Shown here: positions 17,402-26,639 of the stretch, in pieces
Layout: each line of letters begins with the position of its first letter
Numbering within the stretch: position 1 is the stretch's first letter
Source: Candidatus Heimdallarchaeota archaeon
Lineage (GTDB): Archaea; Asgardarchaeota; Heimdallarchaeia; JABLTI01
Direction of reading: 5' to 3'
Length of the DNA: 32,000 nt
NCBI GenBank assembly: GCA_030614005.1
Contig: JAUWKS010000001.1
Coordinates: 90,001-122,000, forward strand
Program-made: the position numbers and the translations under genes
The notes under the pieces: generated by a model
Database searches by the model: none
Told to the model about the DNA's origin: nothing
The model's input: the letters and a program-made list of their open reading frames with translations, nothing else

Positions 17402-17983
17402 CTAAGTTGAAGGAAAAGTTCCTGATATTAATGCTGGGTTTAATGCTATAATTACTATCATTAAAATCAGTCCTAATGTATAAAGTATGATTAAACTTAC
17501 TGGTATCCAAATCTCAATGTTAGTTAAACGGCGATGTTTCTGTTTTGTATCTTGTGCTTTCCAAAGTTTCCACTCAGTTAAAAATCCTTGAACAGGTAAC
17601 CTAGCTTCAACTGCGTTAATAACTCTGTACTTGCAACTATTCAACCCCTTATAGTATTGAATTAAAAGCACCCAACCAACACAGAACGAAATACCCACAA
17701 TTAGAATTGTTGGAACAAAGATGAATAATTGAGAATTACCAAAGAGTGCACCCATAGCAACGAAGAGAAAGCTGTTAGCGGTAAGAAAGAAACTATTTGT
17801 TGTAGCTCTCCGAGCACTAACATTGTCAGCCATTTGCACATACAACTTATATTGTTCAAAAGTATAGCTTACATCAAACGACATTTCTTCTTGGGGATTG
17901 AATAACTCATCAAAAGGGTCAGGTGTTTTTGTTGGGTCTTGGTCCGATTCTAGGTCTTGATCAGGTTTCGTTGTTTTTGTCAA
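17402..17983 (-). CDS. Small membrane protein resembling the RipA-like octameric membrane (pore-type effector) family
   Basis: TTG start with GGTGA RBS. Motif EQYKLYVQMADNVSARRATTNSFFLTANS, two TMs, W..LI.YYK.LNS.KY.VI..VE.RLP...F..EW, then a third hydrophobic segment. Family label is recalled, not searched. Confidence 0.7.
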   Translation of the reverse strand: MTKTTKPDQDLESDQDPTKTPDPFDELFNPQEEMSFDVSYTFEQYKLYVQMADNVSARRATTNSFFLTANSFLFVAMGALFGNSQLFIFVPTILIVGISFCVGWVLLIQYYKGLNSCKYRVINAVEARLPVQGFLTEWKLWKAQDTKQKHRRLTNIEIWIPVSLIILYTLGLILMIVIIALNPALISGTFPST

Positions 17984-18085
17984 TTAATTCACCGTGGAAC
18001 GACTAATTTTTTCTTCTACTTTAGCAAGCTATTCTCTCTTAATAAATTTTTAGAGAGAAAATCGAAGAGACAATATATCGCATCA

Positions 18086-18093
18086 TTTATATA
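18086..18093 (+). promoter_or_regulatory. Candidate TATA box for the 18143-22969 operon
   Basis: TTTATATA about 50 nt upstream of ATG 18143; AAGGAG RBS at 18134-18139. Confidence 0.4.
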
Positions 18094-18142
18094 TATTGGA
18101 AGGAATTGATAAATTTGAAGAAAGGTAGAAGGAAAGGAGTTA

Positions 18143-19492
18143 ATGAATACAAGGGTACTAGATGAAGGAAAAACAGTGAAATGGAATAGTATATCGATTA
18201 TTCTATGTTTTATAACAATTCTAATTCTTACTATCTGTGTATTTAGTCCAATTATTAGGGTTGAATCAATCGCACATAGTATGTGGGGGGGCGCTCCTTT
18301 AGATTATAATTATAGACAATTTATTTATTTTACAGGTCAACGTTTGATTATTTCTGTTTCAGGCGAAACTGGAGAAATTTTAGAGGATAGTTGGATACAA
18401 TGGAATAATGATAGAAATAAGCAATTTACAAGTGCTAACACAGTCTTACTATCAATTGCTTACATTTTAATCCTTATTGGGTCAATACTTTGGACAATAT
18501 TCGAAACCCATAAGAGATTAGATACAAAGAAAAAATTTACTAGAAAGCTATGCGTACTATCTATTCTTTCTATAGCAGGTAGTATAACAGGGGTTACATC
18601 GTGCATTTATTTACTCTTGATAGATTTTACTCCTTATGAGAGTTACTTGGATGCAAGAATGCAATTGGGGTACTATTTGTCATTTATCCTCTTTTGTTTA
18701 TATTTTATTTTAGGATTACTAAATATCAAAAGAATAAAGTCTCTAAAAGAAAAAATAGATTTTGAATCCCTTAAAATAAATACTACTATTTTACGAGAAA
18801 GAATGAAAAAAAATAAAAAAACTATATCAACATCATTTTTTGTTTTAGGGTTTAATTTAATAGGTCTTGTTCTTTTGTTATTTTTTCCTTTAATGAAACT
18901 TAAATATATGGAATTTTCAGAAAGTGATTATTATTATACAGAATATATTCGCATCGAACGAATATTCTTCAGTGGTTTTATTAGACAAACTCGAATAAAT
19001 ACGATAATTGATTTGTACGTTGATTATGTATTGGATAGAAGTAACTATAGTTGGTGGAGGTATACTTACATTGTAAATCCTGAGAGTCGTTGGAGCAATT
19101 TTCCGACTGTCACTACAATTTTAATAATATCTGCAGTGATTATTTCAATTTTAATCTCAATAGCTTTGTTTTATCTCGCTACCCATAAACTATCTAAAAT
19201 TAGATATAATTGTGTACCTTATCTTTTAGCCTCGTTCTTTATTGTTGCGGGAGTAATTGGAATTATTGGTTTAAGTTTTATCATTCCGTATAAAACATTT
19301 CTAAATATTGAAGGATCACAGCCTTTTCAATTCACTTTTAGTTGGTACTTTGGATTCATTCTTTTCATAGTCAATACCTTAATTGGAATAGGAATATTCT
19401 TCGGAACTTCTCATAAAGGCTATGAAAATGCAAAAAAGATCACTCTTTGGGGTTTTGGGATGAATGAAGGAGATACTACAAATGAAAACTAA
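18143..19492 (+). CDS. Polytopic membrane protein made of two tandem 4-TM units
   Basis: Eight hydrophobic segments. Each half has TM1, a long loop, TM2, TM3, a PY-containing short loop and an aromatic-led TM4. Confidence 0.8.
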   Translation: MNTRVLDEGKTVKWNSISIILCFITILILTICVFSPIIRVESIAHSMWGGAPLDYNYRQFIYFTGQRLIISVSGETGEILEDSWIQWNNDRNKQFTSANTVLLSIAYILILIGSILWTIFETHKRLDTKKKFTRKLCVLSILSIAGSITGVTSCIYLLLIDFTPYESYLDARMQLGYYLSFILFCLYFILGLLNIKRIKSLKEKIDFESLKINTTILRERMKKNKKTISTSFFVLGFNLIGLVLLLFFPLMKLKYMEFSESDYYYTEYIRIERIFFSGFIRQTRINTIIDLYVDYVLDRSNYSWWRYTYIVNPESRWSNFPTVTTILIISAVIISILISIALFYLATHKLSKIRYNCVPYLLASFFIVAGVIGIIGLSFIIPYKTFLNIEGSQPFQFTFSWYFGFILFIVNTLIGIGIFFGTSHKGYENAKKITLWGFGMNEGDTTNEN

Positions 19493-21623
19493 AATTAGAT
19501 GTTCTATCATCATAATACTCACTTGTTTCTCCATTTATCCATTTTTTTTGGAAGACAGTGTAGGATGGAATCAAGATTACTCGAGTGATGTTTCAGTTGC
19601 TAGTTTTTCCACACATTCCTGGTTAGCTCATGAAGGATTACTACTATATTCTTCACCCTCAAAAATCGTATGGTTAAGCAATAATATACAACAATATTGG
19701 CATGGGGTTGAGGCACCATATAATGCAGATATTTGTTTGTTATATGATAATATCTCATCAGAAAATTATGGTGATATTGGAGATTTAACATTAAAATTTG
19801 ACAGTACTGGTTCAACTGTTTTGAACGATTCTTTAGCCACTCGAGCTATGGTAGAATACACGAAATTAATTACGGAACTCCAAAAGGAAGAAACCAATTT
19901 TCAAATTGCAGCATTTTATGCAGGAGCTATGACCCATTATATCTCACAAGCTAGCTCTTGGTTCACTCTTTGGAATACAACACTTTGGGGGACTATTGAC
20001 CTTATAAAATATAACCAATATGAAACAGTTATTGAAGAAGGATTAGATGCTACTTCATCCATCGATCCAAGTATCACTTGGAAACATAATTATCTTGAAT
20101 TAAATCCAAATAGCACAGCAGAACTAACTGGTTATGATGCAACTACTACACTAGGTGAAAAATGTTATCCATTTGCAGAATCACTTCAAAATCTTTTCAT
20201 CGAAACGTCCAGTGTTAAGGAATGGGAGAATAGCTACAAGAAGACTGTGGAACTGATTCTATCTTATTCAGTAGAAGCAATTTATGCTGCCTTAGAATCC
20301 GCAATGAATGAGAGTAATTGGAAATATCTTTCAATTCCAGATCCAATTTACAATTTTGATAATGAAACTGCGCATTTGGAAATTCCTGCGTTTACTGTAA
20401 CAGTTAGAGAAAAAACAATTAGCTATAATCTTAATGACAGTTTGACGATACAAGCAAAAGTCTATCTAGTGGATTCTTTTTTTGATGCTCTGAGTGCACA
20501 ATCCTTCCCAAGTATTTCTTCAATAGGATATAATTTAACATTTACCGATGATGCATGGTCATTTCCAAACCAAATGATAAGTGGGTTAGCATCGTATACA
20601 AATTATAATATAATATACAATTTCCAACTTCAAGAATATCCCCCTACATGGAGCAATATCTCTATTGCTGAATTTAATACTGAATATTATTCACTAGAAA
20701 TTAGTAACTTCACTGCCAACTATAACTGGAATGATTGGACATTTTCTGTGGAAAATATTTCTGTTTCGTGCCCAAATATCCCAGAGATAGGTATTGTTGA
20801 CAGTAATGATATTAATTTTGCTGAATGGCAACTTTATACAACAGGAGACTCATATAGTCAATTAACAGGCGTCCAAGCAAAAGATACAGAGGGGAATTTT
20901 TTACAGGGTTCTCTCCTATTCAATGAAACAACTGAAAAATGGTTTTCATACCAAAATGATATTGGCATGGTTTTCAACCATGTCAGGCAAATTTTCTTCA
21001 TTTGTGTTCGATTTAATTTAACTGACGTACCTGTTGGTACATGGAATATAGTTGCTGGAGACTATTCCAATGACTATTTTTTGCCATTTGCTCGTGTTTA
21101 TTCTAATAATACATTCACAATAAGAAATCATTTATCTTTTAGTTCAAAACCAGATATTATTTTTAATGCCGAAAAACTAACAATCAGTGCTTATAACATA
21201 ACAGCTTATGTTGATTACCATAATAACGCAATTGACTATTACGAAATATATGAGAGACTTTACTTGTATGGAGGATATAATAGGTTTGCTAAATTTCGTG
21301 TATTGCCAGATCTTGATCCTAACGACTGGATAAATGACCCTCCATTTGGTGATTTGTCTTGGAATGAAGAGAAGGAGAGTTGGTACTTTGAAGATAGGGA
21401 TATTAGTTACTTGCAACCAGGGATGTATTATGTTAGATGCTCTTTCAGGACTATGAATACAAATTACACAGTTGGTACAGTAGGTTCACCTTCTGATATC
21501 TTTGTAATAGTAAATCCTTATGCACGAACGATTGTATTGGTCTCCTCTGTAATTATATTAACTTCAGTTATTATTGCACCTATTATTATCTTAGTTCGTA
21601 AGAAAACTAGCAGCAATAGATGA
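19482..21623 (+). CDS. Large secreted, C-anchored protein with an N-terminal degenerate Zn-dependent phospholipase C / S1-P1-like domain
   Basis: ORF track starts at 19464; ATG 19482 follows AAGGAG and begins the signal peptide. Mature N-terminus WNQD...THSWLA, GVEAPY, FYAGAMTHYISQ; many N-x-S/T sequons; C-terminal TM plus RKK. Confidence 0.7.
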   Translation: MKTKIRCSIIIILTCFSIYPFFLEDSVGWNQDYSSDVSVASFSTHSWLAHEGLLLYSSPSKIVWLSNNIQQYWHGVEAPYNADICLLYDNISSENYGDIGDLTLKFDSTGSTVLNDSLATRAMVEYTKLITELQKEETNFQIAAFYAGAMTHYISQASSWFTLWNTTLWGTIDLIKYNQYETVIEEGLDATSSIDPSITWKHNYLELNPNSTAELTGYDATTTLGEKCYPFAESLQNLFIETSSVKEWENSYKKTVELILSYSVEAIYAALESAMNESNWKYLSIPDPIYNFDNETAHLEIPAFTVTVREKTISYNLNDSLTIQAKVYLVDSFFDALSAQSFPSISSIGYNLTFTDDAWSFPNQMISGLASYTNYNIIYNFQLQEYPPTWSNISIAEFNTEYYSLEISNFTANYNWNDWTFSVENISVSCPNIPEIGIVDSNDINFAEWQLYTTGDSYSQLTGVQAKDTEGNFLQGSLLFNETTEKWFSYQNDIGMVFNHVRQIFFICVRFNLTDVPVGTWNIVAGDYSNDYFLPFARVYSNNTFTIRNHLSFSSKPDIIFNAEKLTISAYNITAYVDYHNNAIDYYEIYERLYLYGGYNRFAKFRVLPDLDPNDWINDPPFGDLSWNEEKESWYFEDRDISYLQPGMYYVRCSFRTMNTNYTVGTVGSPSDIFVIVNPYARTIVLVSSVIILTSVIIAPIIILVRKKTSSNR

Positions 21624-22969
21624 GTTTAATTAAGAAAGGGTTTTTTGGAACAAGTATTCAGAAGGCATTTCTAGTGATAAGTGAGAACACTGATGAAAAA
21701 ATAGATGTTGAAGAGAATAATGAAATTGGTGGTACAAAAAGCACCAGACTTTTACTCTATTTGATTGCTGGTCTATCCTCTTCAGCAACATTCATTGGTC
21801 GAATTTTTATCGGTTTGTATGCTGCTTTTATTGATTCCTCTGCTCTAGCAATTTCCTTCATTGTCTCTTTAAGAAATCTAACCATGCAGATATTTCAATT
21901 TACTTTTGGGAGAATCTCCGATCGCGTTGGTAGGAAAATAGTGATGCTCATTGGTATTATTGTAGCAGGTGTTAGTATTGCTTTATTTCCACTGATCAAG
22001 AATGGCTGGGTTCTAGTAGGTGGAGTAGTAGGATTTTCAATTGGATTCTCAATGTATTATCCATCATTTACCGCTATTCAAGGAGATATTACAAATAAGA
22101 AAAATCGTGCTGGGTTAATCAGTTTAATTACAATTATTGGAGCGTTTGCTACTCTTATTGGTTTAATTGTTGTTGGTTTTGCAGGAGAAATTGGCAGTAC
22201 AGAAGCAATGCAATACACAATAATCTTAGAGCTAACAGCGGGTATTTTTCTACTGGCAGCTATTGTTAGCGTTTTCTTGCATGATCCACCTAGAGAGAAG
22301 CTTAAAGAGAAAACACCTTTTTCATTTGATCCTTTACGTGCAAACCCTAATTTTCGTCGATTTGTTATTATTAATAGTATTATGTCATTTACAATGGCAA
22401 TTGGATGGCCAATTTTCCCAATTGTTCGAGAAGAATACGCAACAACAATTCAAAACACGTGGATTTGGGCAGTTTTTGCTGCATGCCAAATTATAATCTT
22501 AGCGTCGACTTACAAACTAATTAATCGAATAGGAAGAAAACCATTGCTTTTAATAGGACGAATTGCTATGTTCATTGTTCCATTGATTCTAGCTATTTCT
22601 ATCAGATGGTTTCCAGATTGGAGAATCTATTTTATCTCTGGTTCAATTAGTGGTGCGTGTAATGCATTTTACATGGTAGGTCAAAACAGTTTCATTTTAG
22701 ATTCTGCTTCAGAAAAAGAAAAAGGAACATATACTGGAGTCTATAATTTTTTTATTGGAATATCAACTTTTCTTGGTTCTTTAATAATGGGATTCATTGC
22801 AGATTTTTACATTGCTCGGTATGAGAAATGGACAGTTATTTTTGTACTTACTCTAGTTATTACTGGTGTAAGATTTCTTGGTGGATTTGGATTCTTTTTC
22901 CTGAAAGAACCAGTTCAAACTCAGATTGTTAAAAAATTAGCTGATGATACGAGCACCCAAACCAGTTGA
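21620..22969 (+). CDS. MFS transporter
   Basis: About 12 TMs; motif A FGRISDRVGRK and its second-half repeat LINRIGRK; ATGA overlap with the upstream gene. Confidence 0.92.
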   Translation: MSLIKKGFFGTSIQKAFLVISENTDEKIDVEENNEIGGTKSTRLLLYLIAGLSSSATFIGRIFIGLYAAFIDSSALAISFIVSLRNLTMQIFQFTFGRISDRVGRKIVMLIGIIVAGVSIALFPLIKNGWVLVGGVVGFSIGFSMYYPSFTAIQGDITNKKNRAGLISLITIIGAFATLIGLIVVGFAGEIGSTEAMQYTIILELTAGIFLLAAIVSVFLHDPPREKLKEKTPFSFDPLRANPNFRRFVIINSIMSFTMAIGWPIFPIVREEYATTIQNTWIWAVFAACQIIILASTYKLINRIGRKPLLLIGRIAMFIVPLILAISIRWFPDWRIYFISGSISGACNAFYMVGQNSFILDSASEKEKGTYTGVYNFFIGISTFLGSLIMGFIADFYIARYEKWTVIFVLTLVITGVRFLGGFGFFFLKEPVQTQIVKKLADDTSTQTS

Positions 22970-24013
22970 AATAATATAAGACTTACCACCTGAGTCTTTT
23001 ATTGCATCTGATACTTCTTCCTCTTTACCTGGAGCATATGCCAACATAGTTCCACCACCACCACTACCATTTAATTTGCAACCCAATGCTCCAGCATTTT
23101 TTGCTTCAGCAATCATTTCTTCAATTTTCGGAGTAGATCTTTTGAAACCATCACGTATTAGAGCATGATGTTCATCAATCATTTTACCCAGTTGTTCTTT
23201 GGTAAAATCTCCTTTTTGCAGAATTTTCAAAGCTTTTCTAGTAAGATCTCTATTTTGTATAGATGTTAAAGTCATTAATCGATTTACCGAGGAAATAGAG
23301 TCTATATGGTTTTCAATTTCTTTTAGAGCAGTTTTTCTGTGACTAAAACCATCAATTAAATCACCTAATTGTTGATATCCTTCTTCAACAATAGTTCTGA
23401 TCATTCGCAAATCTCCTACAGTATCCTCTTTCTTTTCTAAGGAATCACCAATTATCAAACCAGAAAGTGTAGCAGGTACTCTTGTTAGTTTTATTTCTTG
23501 ACCAAAGTCCACATGAATTATCCCTCCAAATGCAGAAGAATAATGATCCATCATCCCACCACTCTCACCAAATTCAACTACTTCACCATTGAAAGCATAC
23601 CGGACTGTTTCCTCTGTAGAGATTTTTACTTTCGCTAGAGAGCTAAAAACCATTACACAAGCAATAGAAAATGCTGAAGAGCTTGAAAGACCAGCTGCAA
23701 TTGGTACTTCCCCGGAAACTACTAAATCTGCCCCATTTTTTGAAAGAATACCATTTCTTTTGAGAACATTGAAACAACTTCTTAGATAATCTCTTTTATG
23801 ACGGTATTCTATTTCATCATCCAATGTAAATGAATCAGTTTCATTAAGATCTAAATAATTGATTCTAAATTCCCTATCTTCTCGTTGTTTAACAACAATC
23901 TTGATAACCTTATCTAGTGCCATAGAAATTACTTCTAAACCCAGATAATCACTGTGTTCACCGAAGAGAAATACTCGACCTGGTGCAATTACTTGAAATG
24001 AAGACTGAAACAT
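22937..24013 (-). CDS. Galactokinase-family GHMP sugar kinase
   Basis: APGRVFLFGEHSDY, VPIAAGLSSSSA (ATP-binding PxxxGLSSSA), GGMMD, GCKLNGSGGGG. Confidence 0.9.
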   Translation of the reverse strand: MFQSSFQVIAPGRVFLFGEHSDYLGLEVISMALDKVIKIVVKQREDREFRINYLDLNETDSFTLDDEIEYRHKRDYLRSCFNVLKRNGILSKNGADLVVSGEVPIAAGLSSSSAFSIACVMVFSSLAKVKISTEETVRYAFNGEVVEFGESGGMMDHYSSAFGGIIHVDFGQEIKLTRVPATLSGLIIGDSLEKKEDTVGDLRMIRTIVEEGYQQLGDLIDGFSHRKTALKEIENHIDSISSVNRLMTLTSIQNRDLTRKALKILQKGDFTKEQLGKMIDEHHALIRDGFKRSTPKIEEMIAEAKNAGALGCKLNGSGGGGTMLAYAPGKEEEVSDAIKDSGGKSYIISTGLGARIIS

Positions 24014-24147
24014 AATATTCTTTTATCCACTTACTAGTTTTCAATATTTTCTTCTTTCTGCTGGTAATAACTTAAAAAATAAGAAGAAATAACAAAAACT
24101 CAAATGAAATTTAGGGGAAATGAATTTTAACTATATTCGAGAGATTA

Positions 24148-25200
24148 TTGGTTATGGAACTTCAAGTGCACGAAGAGGATTTAATAAAAACCATTTTCAA
24201 TAATAGGCTTTTTTGGTTTTTAGTTGCTATCATCATAGGCTATTTGCTATCATTAATGGCAATCATCTTTTTCCCCCAAGAGACAGCAATTAAGACCGTC
24301 ATTGCTTTTTCTTTGATGCTATGCGGAGTTGCATTGATTGTCGCTTTCAGTTCAAAACGGATAATTGATAGATTCGAATTATTTGTAAGAAGAAGTAAAC
24401 CAGTTTATGTAGTACTATCATTTGCTTCAATATTCCTTCCCTTTCTATTAGTAGTCGTTTTTGGAGAAAATATTACTAACAAAGTAATTGCAATGTTCGT
24501 TTTATGGTATTGCATACCAATAATACTACTGATTCTCGGGCAAATTCTTTTCCCCGAAAATAAGAGCATATCTTTTTTCTTGATTATTGTTGGAGTAGCA
24601 TTGCTTTGGATAGGAATGGATCATCGGTACACATTGCTTATTTTCGATGGATTTCAAGACCTTAGCTACAATTTAACCACTATCTGGATTGTAAATATCC
24701 TTCTTATTTGCTATTCTCCATTTAATCTTCAAGATCATAAACAAGTTAGCTCAAAAATAACTTTTAAAGGAATAAAATACACTTTGCTTTTCGTGCCGAT
24801 ACTCTTTCTACTTATCACACCCCTTGGATTATTTTCTGGGTTTTTGGCTTGGAACCCTGATGTATCAACTAGTCCTCTGGAGAAAATTGCATCCTTTATT
24901 GGAATTTACCTAACAATTGCTTTGCCAGAAGAATTCATTTTTAGAGGAGTGATACTAAATGAATTTGATAAAAGGACAGGAAGAAAGTCAAATATTCGAT
25001 GGTTAACCTTAGTGCTTGTATCTTTTGCCTTTGGATCAACTCACTGGAATAATACATCACCAGAATTCATAGTTTATTACGTTCTTTTTGCAACCATTGC
25101 AGGAATTGCCTATGGATATACTTGGCGAAAAACAGGTTTATTTGGTGCTGCTTTACTCCATACAACAGTTGATTGGGTTTGGGCGTTTTACTTCCAATAG
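24148..25200 (+). CDS. CPBP-family (CAAX/Abi) intramembrane metalloprotease
   Basis: EEFIFRG, FGSTHW and H...D (LLHTTVD) motifs after a multi-TM N-terminus; the start may be ATG 24154. Confidence 0.9.
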   Translation: MVMELQVHEEDLIKTIFNNRLFWFLVAIIIGYLLSLMAIIFFPQETAIKTVIAFSLMLCGVALIVAFSSKRIIDRFELFVRRSKPVYVVLSFASIFLPFLLVVVFGENITNKVIAMFVLWYCIPIILLILGQILFPENKSISFFLIIVGVALLWIGMDHRYTLLIFDGFQDLSYNLTTIWIVNILLICYSPFNLQDHKQVSSKITFKGIKYTLLFVPILFLLITPLGLFSGFLAWNPDVSTSPLEKIASFIGIYLTIALPEEFIFRGVILNEFDKRTGRKSNIRWLTLVLVSFAFGSTHWNNTSPEFIVYYVLFATIAGIAYGYTWRKTGLFGAALLHTTVDWVWAFYFQ

Positions 25201-25238
25201 AAGATTCTTTTGAAGAAAGAATTTCTCAAAAGTTCAAT

Positions 25239-26480
25239 TTAACTATAGATTCCAAATTTATATCCTTGCTTGAAAATCTCATCATATTCTCTAAGTATGC
25301 GTTGTAGGTAATGTTTTAATCGTTTATCTTCAAATTCAGAGATATTATCTCTTAGTATTTTTACAGAGCTTTCATCTCCAATCCGGAGGATGGCCTTTAT
25401 TGCAGCTGTTCTCACAAAATTTCGCTTATCTTCAAATACTACTTTTAGTAATAACTTTGCTAATTCTAACTTTCTTGTAAGCCCAAAAACATAAACAATT
25501 TCTCTCTTAATATTCATTTCAGGCTTTGCTGCAAGAAGTTCCTTCAAAGCATCAATACTTTTAGTAGTATTAATTCTTCCAAGAATTCTAATTTGAATTG
25601 TTTTAACCCAAGTGTTCTTTTCTTCTTTCAATACATTGACTATAAACTCTGTTAATTTCTCACCTTGAATTCTTTCTAATTTTAGACAACAACTAGCTCT
25701 AATATTCTCATTTGTATCATGAATTATTGTTTTCTTGAACAAGGTGATTTTTTCATCTATTGAATCAGGAGTTAAAGCATTGAAAGCTGCTTGTTTAACA
25801 GTTACATCCTTATCATCTTTGAAGATTTGTAAAAGCAATGGAATTGAAAGATCTCTTGGAAGTTTCTTTATTACACCAACAGCTTTTTTTCTATCTCTAG
25901 AGGATTCACTCTTTCTAAGATAGTCAATTTCTTCATAAGAACTTAGAGATTTATGGAATGCTTTTAGATCTATTTCTTGGCTTTTTTCTTGGTTTTTTTC
26001 TGATTCTTTTGGAAAATACTTCTTACGCAAGTGATTATATAATCTTCTGTTTTTTCTTTCTTTACTCTTGTCAAGAATTTCCATCAATTCATTCAGGAAT
26101 TCCTTGGACTTGATATTATATTTATACCATGGACTCAATAAGTCATATACTCGATTGGAATTCTTAAATTTCTTAATTGATTCTAAAATGACCTTCTCGG
26201 CACGGGCATCTTCTAATCTAGCTAATTCCTCTAATACTACTAGTAGCAAGAGGTATTCCATATATTGTGGAGTTTTATATTTGAGAGTTTTACCAATGAA
26301 TTTTTTATGATTGATTTTGTTAACTATTAGAGAATAAAATTCAAGATTATCTTCAATATTTTCTTTATCGTTAATTAAACTAAATATTTTAACGATTTCA
26401 AATTTTTCTTCATAGGAATCTGATGTCAACAATTTTTCTTTTAGAATTCTTATTACTTCATCTTTTGGATGATATTGCAA
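25239..26480 (-). CDS. HEAT-repeat (PBS-lyase-like) protein, possibly N-terminally disrupted
   Basis: Repeats such as DRKKAVGVI, DVTVKQAAFNAL, ENIRASCCLKL, TWVKTIQIRILG, NFVRTAAIKAILRIGD. The frame continues upstream past an in-frame TGA (26543-26541) to CTG 26582. Confidence 0.85.
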   Translation of the reverse strand: MQYHPKDEVIRILKEKLLTSDSYEEKFEIVKIFSLINDKENIEDNLEFYSLIVNKINHKKFIGKTLKYKTPQYMEYLLLLVVLEELARLEDARAEKVILESIKKFKNSNRVYDLLSPWYKYNIKSKEFLNELMEILDKSKERKNRRLYNHLRKKYFPKESEKNQEKSQEIDLKAFHKSLSSYEEIDYLRKSESSRDRKKAVGVIKKLPRDLSIPLLLQIFKDDKDVTVKQAAFNALTPDSIDEKITLFKKTIIHDTNENIRASCCLKLERIQGEKLTEFIVNVLKEEKNTWVKTIQIRILGRINTTKSIDALKELLAAKPEMNIKREIVYVFGLTRKLELAKLLLKVVFEDKRNFVRTAAIKAILRIGDESSVKILRDNISEFEDKRLKHYLQRILREYDEIFKQGYKFGIYS

Positions 26481-26639
26481 GAATTTCCCTACAATAAAGC
26501 TTTCTCGACGCTTCTCAAGAGTATAGTTAGCAGCAAGTTTTCAAACTAACCAATCTGCATCAGCATTAATCTCCGAAGTCAGTGTTTCCTTTCTCCTTTT
26601 TTTAATTAAATATTGATTAATTAACAATTTACTTTTACT

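Noticed and set aside
24148-25200. CPBP/Abi protein as an abortive-infection gene
   Set aside because: The Abi label of this family is historical; intact protease motifs and the context give no defence evidence.
26541-26543. Selenocysteine or genetic-code reassignment of TGA
   Set aside because: The context is a HEAT helix with no redox motif, I see no SECIS-like hairpin, and TGA terminates paralogous genes at matching positions (129, 1769).
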